A DNA stretch of 63,940 bases, the filler included, from Hyphochytrium catenoides (taxonomy: Eukaryota; Protista; Hyphochytriomycota): the NCBI GenBank assembly GCA_900088475.1. It is 4 parts of 4 records of this genome, joined end to end, with 100 filler letters (N's around TTAATTAATTAA, not from the genome) between each part and the next. Parts side by side here need not be neighbours in the genome. Positions count along the whole stretch, not along the records: positions 27,784 to 57,250 come from FLMG01001903.1; 3 more parts are not named here. One strand, 5' to 3'. Below are positions 38,218 through 50,107 of the stretch, piece after piece. The position numbers were made by a program, and so were the translations under genes. How positions within the stretch are numbered: position 1 is the stretch's first letter; every line of letters starts with the position of its first letter. The notes below the pieces were generated by a model, which was not told the DNA's origin, searched no databases, and saw only the letters and a program-made list of their open reading frames with translations.

Positions 38218-41200
38218 TTAGTGTGAGAGGTCTTCCCATACCTTGACCATGCCGTCATCAAAACCTGTAACAAGCAGTCCATGCCCTGTGGCAAGGCTGA
38301 CGAGCGCACCGTCGGAGGAAAGCCCCACGTATGCACAGAGAAGATCGAAAGGCTTCTCAGTGGACCAGAGCATGGCCACACAATCAGAAGAAGCAGATGC
38401 TAACATCTTTCCGTCTGGTGTGACCGCCAACTTTGTTATACGCCCATCGTGTCTCTATATGTCGGAAATGGGTAACAGAAAGAGAATGATTAGAGAGCAC
38501 GACTCAGTTTCTAGGAGTGGTTCAGATAACACGATGCTAACGTTATTATAGCGGAACAGGAAGAGCGATCGTAAGAACGAGAGAGGCGGCTATATCTGCA
38601 CCTGAAGGATGTCAACTGGGGTGATCGAATCCGCCTTCCTCGAGCTAGGGACAGCGTTCCAAACCTACATGACAGGACGGACAGGGCAAACAAATGCATC
38701 CAAGTCAGGAAGCGATTGTATAAATACGGCTAGACCCTAAGACAACGTCATCTTAGAACAGTCATACTGACCTTAATGCTTTTATCCCAGCTGCCCGAAA
38801 AGAGAAAGTTCTCTGACGGCCCCCTGCCCCAGGCAATGGCTGATACGACAGAGCTGTGGGCGTCGTGACTGGACCAGTACTCTGTAATCGAGGATGGGCT
38901 CACACGCCACACTTTCACGCTGTGATCGTTACCTAGGAACACCAGTAAGAGTGAGATACCATCCACTACGAACAGACCATGGCCGGCCAAAATAATGAAC
39001 TGTATGAGTAGTTAGCAAGACCAAGGTCATACGATGGCACACTAAAGCATGCAGATTGCAGTTACGCTCAGCCTGATGGCCAGAAGGGTACAGGTAGGTC
39101 TTACCACAGGAGGCGAGCAAAACTCCTACGCCAGGAATATTTTGTGAGAATGAAAGGTCCATGACGTGGCCCTCATGGGCTTGGACTCGCTGGTACGGCA
39201 CAAATGAAGTACAGATCAGTCAATGGCCACGACTCTGGGTGTTCCGACGATTGCGAGAACAAGGGAGGCGCCAACGCCAAGAAGATGTGGTGAAACGCAG
39301 GGCTGCTTGAAAAGAAAAAGCGTACCGCTAGAGGGTGATATCGTTCCTGGTCACCGGGATACGAATTCTCAAGCTTCCAGAGGCAAATATTGAAATCGTG
39401 AGCCCCACTAGCCATCAAACGGCCTTCAGGGTCGATGGCCACAGCACAGAGCCTACCGCTATGGCCTTCGAGCTTGGCCACAGCCTAAATGAAGATCAAA
39501 AGATGATATTAGGGATGACAGTGTAAGAATTGGCTGTGGATGTCTAAAGCTAGAAGGGCTGGATGACAGAAACGACGGAGGTGCGAAAAGAAGGAAATAG
39601 AGACTGGCACAGTCGTTATGCCGGTAGGTAGTTGATCATCCGGTCGGCTACCTTGAAAACATGTGGCGATGCGCTGTCGATGCAAAAGCACGTTATAGAG
39701 TAGTCCGTTCCTCCTGCAAAGAGGTACTTCTCATCCGGAGTCACCACATGCGCCAACACTGAGCCCTCCAGAGGGAAGATCGCTTCTCTCTGCATCGTTG
39801 ATACGTCGTACATGTTGATGTTATAATCCGCCGATGCGGTTATAAGGCTATGGCCATGGGGCACACACACGAAATACGAACTGCAGTGAGTTTTCTGCAA
39901 TAGACATTTCAGTGAGGTGCGGCACAGCTCCTTACTGTTCATCGTTGTTGATTAGCGTCATAGACGTTACAGGGCCGCTGTGCCCTACGAATTCCTGTAC
40001 CAGCTGCGGCTTCGTCACGTCGCGGATGTCCCAAATCTATTACATAGCCAGAGGTTTGAAGAACAACAGGTTAATGAGGGGCGTTAGAACTCTTTGAAAA
40101 TCAAAGAGGGAGAAGCAGAACTAGTAAAAGAATAGGTATAAGATAAGGACAAGAGACTCCTGATGGAGCTACGGGGCCAAAAGGGATTACCACCTGACGT
40201 GGTAGTTAAGACTTACCCTGACATTGTTGTAAGAGGAGCTGGTGGCAAGGAGAGGGAAGACTGGGTTGATCTCCATTGCCATCACATCCTCCTCGTGAGC
40301 TTGCACAGTTACCAGGAGTCTAGAGACAATCGACGTCACACACATAGAAGAGGTTTGATGAGGTAACAGGGAGAGAGAAAGAGAGACCACCGAAGAACGC
40401 GGAATGAGAAGCAGAGACTGTAAGGGCAAGGCTTCATCAGCATAGATCTAGGCTGGACACTGCCCAAGCGCGTTCGTACTCGTCTCTTTCCGTCATGGCT
40501 AGGTCCAAAGATATATCAGCCGTCCCCTTGAGAATCTCATCAAGTGCCTTTTTGCCGACTTCGATGCTTTGTTCATTGGAAAGCATTTCCAAAGGTGCAG
40601 GACCAAACCTGAGAAGCTTCCACAGCTTCATGGTGGCATCCACACTGCAGGTGAACATATACTGAAAAGGCACAGAGTCAGAAAAGCCGAAAAGATTGAC
40701 GCAGCTTCTGAATCCTCCTTACCTGATCGTCATTGATAAGAGCTATCCGTCTCACATCTCCCATGTGAGCGGTGATGCAGCGGATCTCTCTAGCAGTCTT
40801 CATATCCCAGACCTTAAGCATAGGGAACAAAGGAAGGAGATGGAGTTAGCTGAGAGTCCGACGGAGGAAGTTAGGTCAGATAAATGTCACTCTCAGAAGT
40901 TCGAATTTGAACGCTGAAGACGAAGGGTTTATGCCTTTTTACCCTAATTGTATTGTCTCTAGCTCCGCTGAAAAGATGGGCGCCATCCCCAGTGAAGGTG
41001 AGAGTGGTGATATCTCCTCTGTGGCCGTCNNNNNNNNNNNNNNNNNNNNNNNNNNNNNNNNNNNNNNNNNNNNNNNNNNNNNNNNNNGGAGACAGGGTCT
41101 CGGTGTTCCAAATCTTTCATGCATCACAGCGCAGCAAGAAGTAAGACCAGCTTGTCATATCATGGGCCTTTTAACAAGGATTCAGCAGCACCTTGATAGA

Positions 41201-42294
41201 GCTATCTCGGCCAGCCGAGACCATTTTACCGCTAAGGGGGTCAAAAACAATTGAGAGAATGGGGGCTTTGTGCCCTGTAATCGTCTCCATGCACTTCCAG
41301 CCCTCACTAGCATCCCAAACCTGAGATGGGTGCACGCGAAAGTAAGAGGTAAAATGAGAGTGTCAGAGATAGTGTGGCCATGAGACAGAGTCGGGCCGTA
41401 ATAAGCCTGCCTTCAGATAGCAGTCTTTGGATCCAGTCACAAGGGTTGAGCCTCCGTACACCCAGCAGCCGCAAAGCACGTCGGACTCGTGGGCATCAGG
41501 ATGGTTGAGATGACTGTAATAAAGAAATGAGCAAACAGCCAACAGTGCTTCGAACGATTACGTAGAGCCAAAGAGATGCAACAAGCAAAGAGTGGTATGG
41601 ATGCAGCTAAGAACAGTATACCCAACAAAGAAGTGCGAGTTGGGCGAGGACGAGTATAAAAGGAAGCCACAGGTATCTTACTTTATCTTCTGGACGCAAA
41701 CTCCTTCTGCCACGTCCCACACCATAATGCCATCATAGCCCCCGGAGACAAGAAGATTATTGTCGGTGGGACTGAAAAGGAGGAAGCGCACCTGGCGATT
41801 GGAGAGTCATAAAGTAAAAGCAGGAGGCCACAGGTTGTCACTGGCGTCTCACCATCTCCGTATTCCCTGGCATGATCTTCTCAACCACTATGTGGGACGT
41901 CCGGCCCTCTGCATCTGGTGGTGGGTCTACTTTGGCGCAAATATAGATTGATTTGTTGCCCGACATAAAGGCGAATCTGTCATAAGCAAGGCATTAGCGT
42001 CCAGTAGAAGCGCTTGTCGCTAATCATTGATTAACTGACCGCTGCCCATTGGCTGACCATGCCAGAGGCGTCTCAGGCTGCACGCCAATCACCTGAATAG
42101 GCTACGGTGCGGCTATTAGGATCTTCGCAAGAAGGCAGCAGTTCAGCTTTCACATAGGGAGGACTCACCTGATAGCAAATAGCCTTTGATGTCCGAAGCA
42201 TCTCATTAAGGTTCTTTCTGCTGTCAGCCTTGCTGTGAAGAAAGTCCTTCACATTCAGCCCCGGGGTTGTAAAGCTGGTGTCAAAATGGGCCAT
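38218..42294 (-). CDS. Multi-exon WD40-repeat protein (internal assembly gap at 41030-41087)
   Basis: Many GH...W(D/K) repeats: GSKDCYLK|VWD, LEGHSGRLCAVAIDPEGRLMASGAHDFNICLW, AHEGHVMDL, FSGSWDKSIK, LVTGFDDGMVKVWED. ATG at 42294. Confidence 0.8.
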
Positions 42295-42589
42295 CTTTGC
42301 TTCTTCTGAACACCCTAATTGGGGTGATATCCTCTTGCACTAGCTTTGATTCACAGGCCCTTAAACCCCAGTCCTAGAGGACTTGACTGCACAAAGAATG
42401 GGTTCTGGAGCTTCACCACGACTGACTTTCGCAATAGTCTTCCTGACGAATCTCCGGATGCCTCCCAAGAAATTGGCAACCTTCCTTCTTCCGTTTTTTG
42501 GGCGTTGTGCTTGCTTGCAAAATCACTGCTTTGATAACTGATCGCTCCACAGCTAAGTTATTTAGTTATGTTGTATCGTTTTGGACAAG

Positions 42590-42822
42590 AAGAGAGAGAG
42601 ACAGAGTGACGCTCACTAGAGAGAGGAAGAGGAGAGAGGAAAGAGACACAAAGGGCGAGCGAGGAAGTGAGACAGAGAGCGAGGGAACTAGAGAGAGCAA
42701 GCGAGAGAGAGAGCGCGCGAGAGAGAGACGACTGAGCGAGAGAGATAAGAGAGCATGAGAGAGAGAGAGAGGAGAGACAGAGAGAGAGAGAGAAAGAAGA
42801 GGGAGAGAGAGAGAGAGAGAGA
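42590..42822. repeat. (GA)n-rich microsatellite tract between divergent genes
   Basis: Direct inspection. Confidence 0.9.
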
Positions 42823-42972
42823 CGATTGAGTAGAACTGCAGGAAGTTTTGCTTCCTGGTTTGTGTCTCTTCATGTTCGATTCGAAGACGTGCACTGTCAT
42901 TGTTAGTCGAGTGAGGGACTGCATCATAAAGAGCGGCACAGGCGCACAGTCAGCGGTCGTACCTCTTCATGT

Positions 42973-43761
42973 CATGGAGCCATCAGCAGAAAGCTGGATG
43001 CCATGCATTGACAGGCACAGTGGGAGGACTTACTACTTCAATCCTCTCACCAGGCAAGTGAGTTGGGACAGGCCTTATAATGAGAACAGCTAACCTGCCG
43101 CACCTAGCGATGAAGGTCTGAGTCGGACACCATCGACAGAACTGGAGGACTCAAGCCAATATTACCTTGACAAAGCAATACCTACCGTGCTTTCTGACCT
43201 TCGGAAAAGCAAGAAATACATTGATGACTTAGCCCACTACCTGAGCGTGAGCAGCGGCAATCAAGAATCATCGGGTACGACCTTCGATCTTGCCAAGGAC
43301 TACGCAGAGGTAAGACGGAAGCTTGCTACTGTCATTAAGGGCTACTTATGTCTGCCATCATGTTAGAGCATGCTGACAGCGGTTGCCACGAACATGCATT
43401 GCGCTATGGCGAATGTAGTACGTTTGACTGCAATCCAGGTATTCCTCACCCAGGAAGGCATGTTTGCGCTAATTCCTTGTTAATGGCTTACCTTCGCGTA
43501 TTCTGTCCATGGGATAGCAAGCAGAAGTGGAGGACCTATTGGCACGGACAGCAACCATGACTCAGGTAACGATATGCTGACGAGGGTGATTCCTAGCTTT
43601 GCGTGATGCAATGACTGACACCATGCAAATAGCAAAATTCAGCGAATAGGCGAGCCTATGCAGCTTCTAAAGATAGGCTGTTTATGCAAGCACCGAACAC
43701 CAACAGCCCGCCCGTTTCTCGACAGAAGACGACAGGATGAGGGACTCTATTTGGGGCCCTA
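42973..43761 (+). CDS. WW-domain + ABI (Abl-interactor)-like helical protein; in-frame TAA at 43091 lies inside a candidate GC-AG intron
   Basis: WMPCIDRHSGRTYYFNPLTRQVSWDRP is a WW domain. The same frame continues after the TAA as LDKAIPTVLSDLRKSKKYIDDLAHYL...AKDYAE|SMLTAVATNMHCAMANVVRLTAIQ, resembling the ABI/ABIL N-terminal domain. The 3' end is uncertain. Confidence 0.6.
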
Positions 43762-44742
43762 GCCGTCAATACCACTGTCGTCTTTTCGGACTGACACCAC
43801 ATGCTACCCCTGATTGGAGATCACGCTTCCAGGATTCTACGGCTGGTCTTGATCCAAGTCAGGAGGCATACATGCCACCGCAGCAATTCTCTCCTCCTAG
43901 TACACCGTCGGATAGTACCGCGTCCTTACGGCAGAGCTATTTGAAACGATGTCTGGCGTCCATCTCTCCACGACCGACTTCATTCAAAAGAAAGAGGTAT
44001 CCGTAATGCCACTATAGATAGTGGTCGGCCACTTTGAATCCATTGCCCGGCTATGCATGGAGCTAGATAGCATGGCTGTTAGCTAAATTAGAAGCGCAAG
44101 CAAAACGCTGCATTCACCCTTCATGCTGGCTCCACACGGAGCATTTGCCTAACCTGCTACATTTGGAAGGATCAAGCTTGCCAGGGTCTTATCAGTCTCA
44201 GATTTCGGCATTTTTCAAAAAGTTACACTTGGCTTACTGCTCAAACCCCTAAAGAAAGCTTTATGATGGAACACAGACACTTCTTCATTGATGAGGCTGC
44301 TGTGCATTTCCTGCTCACGTCTTTCTCTGCTGCCTTTATAATATCCTTAGGTTGCATCTCTACAAAGATTAACTTCGTCCATTGGTGCTCCACACTGCGA
44401 TCTCGATCGAAAAGAGGTCTTACGTGCATTCGTTTGCTTCTATAGCTTTCCAAGCAAGAGCGGGGAGCCTCATCTGAGGTCGTCAATCCGCTGCCTCTAC
44501 TGCTGCATTCCTCATAGACAGGAATCGGCGTTACCGCCTATCAAAATAACGGATCCTTTGGAAAATCAATTATTATGATTCTCCATGTCGATAACCGTAG
44601 TAGTGGTTATCACTTATCCGCACGGTTACTGCCATTCGCTCCCCTGATTGAGTTGAAGCTCGAAGACGCATTTTAAGCGATAAGAATCTCAGCCAGACAA
44701 GGTGCGTGGGAGACGGAGACTTCTCTGCTGATACAAGGATCA

Positions 44743-47700
44743 ATGGGCATAGCAGCAGCCATGGCAGGTGGACAAGGACGTTAGCCTTTACCTGTTACAT
44801 GCCAAGGCTAGACAGCAGTGGACCCTGCCGCTGACATATGTGATACCAAGTAGCGGGGGCTTCAATAGCCCTCCACATACACATGAAGAAGATGAATGCG
44901 ATGTTCGGCCAACCATACTCTCATAGAGGTCCATAGTAGCTTGCCAGAATATGCAGCCTGTCTTTCGCTCTGGCAGGCGCCGGATCCAGCCGCCCGGAGA
45001 GAGCCCCTTGCAGACTCGCTCTCCTGCTCACTTGGGAACTGCATATGCCGATCAGAGAGTTGATGCGAACAAGAAAAGCGAGTATGCTAGAGCCCTCGAG
45101 CAGCAGATCAAGGAGAAGGAGGAGCGTAGAAAGCGGGAAAAACTGCTTGATCGCGCTCCGCTGCCAGGAATGGTGGAAGGTCAGGGATGGAATCTCGCAC
45201 AGCCGCATCAATCTGGCCTGCCTCTGCCTGAGTATGGCCACCCAGAGCCCATACAATCACAGCACCAAGTAGAGCAGGTTTATCAAGAGGGGTATCCCCA
45301 ACACTTTCCCTCTGCTCATTGGTATGAACCACAGCCTGCGAGCCCGCCTAAGCCCTATCACGCGGTCGGACAGTCCGATCCTATAGCCCAATACCAGGCG
45401 GATCCACGATGGAACTATGCAGCTCCTCCTGCTCCATACACCGTTCCCTATCCAGCTGGGTCTCCACCTATCTCACCCATTCGAGGGCCCACGGGCGTTC
45501 CCTACGGCGCCTATAGTCATGCAAATGGCTACGCTCCCGGCTTTCCGAGCACATTTCATCCCGGAGCGCATCCTCTTCAGGTAAGCGAAGGCATATAACC
45601 TATCCTTCGAATCTCAGAATCCTAAGTAACCCATTCGCGCGTCAGTCCCACCCATACGGCCACCAAGCGTCCTACCCCAGCCCTCAGCATCATATCGTTC
45701 CCCAATCATTTTCCGTCATTGTACCGTCAGGGGCTCAGCAGGAGGTACGGATCGCACTAGGAAACACTGAAGACAATATGACACTGATTGCAACCCTCGC
45801 TCTCACTAACTCATACCCCCTAGGACTCCAGTTATGCTTGGAATGTTGGAGGTGGAGGTCCTCAGCAGACATATGGGCAGATGACGGCAATGGTAAGGGG
45901 AGAGGCTGCATCTTGAGTCCAGCAGAAGTTTGTAGCTCACCTGCACTCATATCCAACAGCAGCAAGCGGGAGCCCCTGGAACTTCTGCCCAAGGTGCTGC
46001 AAGTGACAAGTCTCATGTTAGCAACCAGCTTAAAAATGCACTGATGGAGCAAATTGAGGAGAAGAAGCGGCGAGTTGCTGAGGAAAAACGAAAGCAGTTA
46101 GAAGAGGAGATGAAGGATCTTCAGGTGGGTTTATTCTGGCGTGTACTGCATGCAGACGTAACTTGAGGGTACAGAGGCAGCCAAAAGAGCAAGGGTAGAG
46201 CGGACTATCAGGCAAGAAGAGAGAGACCCACCACGGCGATTGCTGCATTGTCTCATCATTCTATCCAGAAATATCAGCGTGAACAGGAAGAGTATCACAG
46301 GAACCTGGAGAAGGAGAGGGTAAGTCTTTTCAACTTTTACTCCTGCTCTCTCTATGCTGATCCATATTGTACTCTCAACGCAGCTCTTTAAGGAAGCGAA
46401 GCGGGCGGAGGAAGCGCAGCAGGAGCTGGAGCGCCAGATAGAGGAAAATAAGAGACTAAAAGCAGAGGCAAAAAAGAGGTCAGACTGGGTCAGCACCTGC
46501 CGTCACGCCATTCTGCCTCAGCATTGAAAATCCCTATCACTTCCCCTCCCAGGGAGCTAGATCGAGAGAAAGCGGAAGAGGACAGGTTTCGCCATCAGCA
46601 TCACTCTGAGAGCGTTCATCACGGAAAAATAAGCCCTGTCAAGCCGTTTACAGCCCTGGAAATGCCCATCCGACCATTGCAAGGTATCTGATCCTCTGCG
46701 AAACTTGCTATTATTTTGGTACTGATGGAGGTCACAGGCGTGCAGCACTCAGAGGAGTCTGGAGTCGCAAAAGGACCCTTTGCTTCCTCGTCGTCCCCTT
46801 TGAGGACTAGGTCTCCCCAGCGGCACTCCGGATTTCCTCTACCGATAGAAGTGCCTGTGTCACCATTTTCGGGGCATCTTGCGCATGGTGGCACAAACTC
46901 CTTGCAGCAATCAGAGCTGGAAGCTTCAGCTAATAGAGCTATGGAGACACAGGCGAGAGTCAAAGGAAGAGATAGTCCCTCTAAAGGAGACTCTCGCCTT
47001 GGGCACCTTTCTAATGCTAATCACGGCGACGACTTTCGGCATCCGCTGTCTCACTTCCGGCAGTCTCAGCCTGCTATCAGGAGCCTTGACGCACAATCTA
47101 ATGACTTGTCGTATAGCAGTGTCCGTGGCTCGCCCTTAAAGTATAACAGCAACGGAAATCAAACCGCCGAACAAGGTGAGACGCGGTCACTTAGCTTTTT
47201 CTTGTTGTTGACAGGCTCTCTCTCTGCTCTAGTAATCCATGCTGTACCACAATCTGCACGCGATATCTCTCAACATCATCTTGATCCTATAGAAAAGATC
47301 ATTGAGGACTTGAGGCGTGTGGCATCGGAGGCTTTGGCACAGCAGAAAGCGGCTTGCGATGAAGTGGAACGGCTAAAGTTGGAACTGAACCAACGGCAAG
47401 ACCAGCATGATGCCTTAGTAATCTGATGCTCATACCAATCTCACTGCTCTTGTGCTCTTGAATTCATGGCAGGCCCTCAGCTCCCCAGTATACATCGTCA
47501 GGCTATCCTGGAGCCCAACCCCACCACCTTACCTCCGGATTGTCTGCAAACGAAGAGAGAGGGCAAAGGTACTCGAATCTTCCCGGACTGGAGAACCTAA
47601 AGGAATATCAACCGCCTCCTAAAGGCCTCGCGGTAGAGCATTACGGCCGGGATCAGCAGCTTGGCATGGAATATGCGGCCTCAAATCTAGACTCGCCTGA

Positions 47701-48691
47701 CCTCTCAGAGATAGGCGTAGGGGGCACAGCTGTCCGATCTGCACTGAGTGCCAATCTCAGAGGTCACATTACCAATACCCCGCCTAGTCCAGCAAAGGCT
47801 TTCAGGGCAGAGCTGTCCCTCGTCTCCGAGAGCAAACTGGTCTTTCCGGAGGAGTTTCAGGAAGAAAGAAAACTTCGGCAGATAACAGGAGAGCTCCCTA
47901 CTGCGCTTATGGGCCTTAGTAGTCCCTCTCGGATCTCAAACCCCGCAGGAGCCGGAAGTGACAACGCTTCAGCTGCCGTGGAGACTCGTTTCTTGCCCGC
48001 TGGTGATGATTCTTTAGGGGCAATGGTCAACAGAGTGACTGGAAGCCGTCAGAGAACATCTCCACTGGCGCAGCGTAGATCTCCCGGTAAGGGCCTTCTT
48101 TCTCCACAAAAATCAGGTAAGGCCACGCCACTTGTTTGTACTGACTGCCTTCGAGGAAATGAAGCTGAGTAGCATACCGCGCCTTATTAGGCGGAAACAA
48201 CAAGGATCTGGCTTCTGGAGTAGGAGAGCCAGAGACTGTGGACATCGACGGCATTCACTTCTGCAACTTGGAAAAGCTGAAGATTCTGGAGGTAGGAAAT
48301 GCTGGTTGCAATATTCATGTTGCTTTCTAGCCCGATCAGCTTTCGATTCTTGAGTTTTTCTTTCAATCCTTTCTATTGCCTCGCATGATCGCTATGTCTC
48401 TTCTTTCGGACTTGCTCAGGTGCTCAACCTTGCCTATCCGATCCGCCGTCTGTGTCACTGCAGGCAGTGGAAGGCCGAGAGGAGTTTCGCGCCGAAGAGC
48501 TTGATATGCTTCTCAAGGCCTTCAGCGCAAAGCCGGTAAGCACTGTGTGCTTCTAGATCTTCCAACGATTCGTTTGCAACGACTGAGACGTAACGGCTGC
48601 TATTTGTTACCAGACCAGACCCACAGTCTCAGCCTCTACGACAGAGAGAGGGCTCGTGGCTGACTCCACTTGGCTTCCCATGAGCTACTGA
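44743..48691 (+). CDS. Coiled-coil centrosomal/ciliary protein, CSPP1/CCDC66-like
   Basis: KKSEYARALEQQIKEKEERRKREK, QLKNALMEQIEEKKRR...KYQREQEE and QELERQIEENKRLK are repeated CCDC66-type motifs. SLVSESKLVF and LVADSTWLP near the C-terminus. TGA at 48689-48691. Start uncertain. Confidence 0.6.
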
Positions 48692-48854
48692 TGATGGTCG
48701 CCCGTGTTGCAGTCACGCCTACTTCCCACTATTTATAACCATATTTATCGCAGATTGCCAGTGGACGCTAGTGAGGCTCTGCTGGCATTCCTATCTATGT
48801 GCAGGCTGCAGAGGTTGCCGAAGCGTCATCAAATATAAACTAATCACTTAATGT

Positions 48855-49670
48855 TTAATTTTTATCCGTCTTAGATTCCTCCTCCTGCTGACGCTGCTTG
48901 CCTTCCTCTCTCATTAGAACCATGAAGGCTTTGTAATCTGTGGTTGCTAGGATGAGCTGGAGGCTCATGGACTCTAGAGCACTTCTTGGGTCTTCAGCTT
49001 TCTAGACAAATCAGAGACCTAAACGTTAGGAGCTGTCGTAAGTGAAGGAGGGAGTAGATTGGAGTGAGACAAAGAAGATATCTGTGGCAAGTTGGACAAG
49101 GGCACAGTGAGCAAATGGTGTTGCATAGGTTCCATGATGGCCCACCTTCGCACAAAGTTCATAGAAGCGGGCGCAAGGGACACCTTCTTCTTTCATGAAC
49201 TCTGTGTAGGAGGAAGGAGGAAAGACTGGGGTCAAGAGTGTCATCATAATTCCTTGTATGAGGGTTGATGGCTACCTTCCATCTTCTCTTCGAACAAGCT
49301 TATAAACTGTTGGTATGTAGACCAATGGCTATGCGTACAAAGAAGAAGCCGTTAGCTCAGTCATGGCTTTCTCGCGCCGAAACAAGCCCTAGTATACCTG
49401 AGCTCATGGTCCTCCCCTCCTTCGATCTGATCATCTCTTAACCCTGCGAAATCTACACATCTTTCGGTGATGAAGCTATCCAACGCCGCTGTTATCAAGA
49501 TGAGTTTGCTGCTGGAGTTAGCCATGAGACTTGTCGGAAAAAGACAAGGACTTACCTTGGCATTCTTCATCAAAGAAGTGTCTTAATACTCTATCAACAA
49601 TGCTATCTGTATCGACACTATCATCATCACTAACAGAGCTTTTTTTCTCCTCACCCTCCGAGTCACTCAT
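48855..49670 (-). CDS. BART-domain protein (ARL2BP/CFAP36-like)
   Basis: ALDSFITERCVDF...EDHELR...YQQFISLFEEKMEEFMKEEGV...FYELC...LQLILATTDYKAFMVLMRE matches the BART pattern. Confidence 0.8.
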
Positions 49671-50107
49671 TCTCTTTATTATCTGTCCCTGACACACAGC
49701 CCACTTTGGTACGCATTCCACTACCTAGCCCCCAATGAGATCACTAGAGATATCTACCCTTTGAGTCTCTGCCAGCAACAGCAGTAGGATCTGACGGGTT
49801 AGAGAGTCGTAAAATGCTAAACAATACGGAGTACGAAGAAAGCTTCAGAAATCACCATCTCCAAGTCTCAATGATCCAAAGGTCATGATGTTTGTTACAC
49901 CAGGAAAAACTAATTTTATAGAATCAGAGCGAAGCCAATCCCTCAGTTATCGTAACCGGCTCCAAGCCAAGGATGTCTCAGTAAAGGTGATGATTTGGTT
50001 CTCTAAACAAGGCGGCAATCCGCTGTAAGTCAGTTGACTTTTACAACGATTCTGACCCTAGCTAGGGGCCGTCCAGGGGCTCCTTTATCGTCATTGGCCC
50101 GCTGAAC

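Noticed and set aside
43091-43093. Alternative genetic code (TAA as a sense codon)
   Set aside because: CEP41, PANK, yjjX and the BART gene end at TAA where expected, and long conserved exons have no in-frame TAA.
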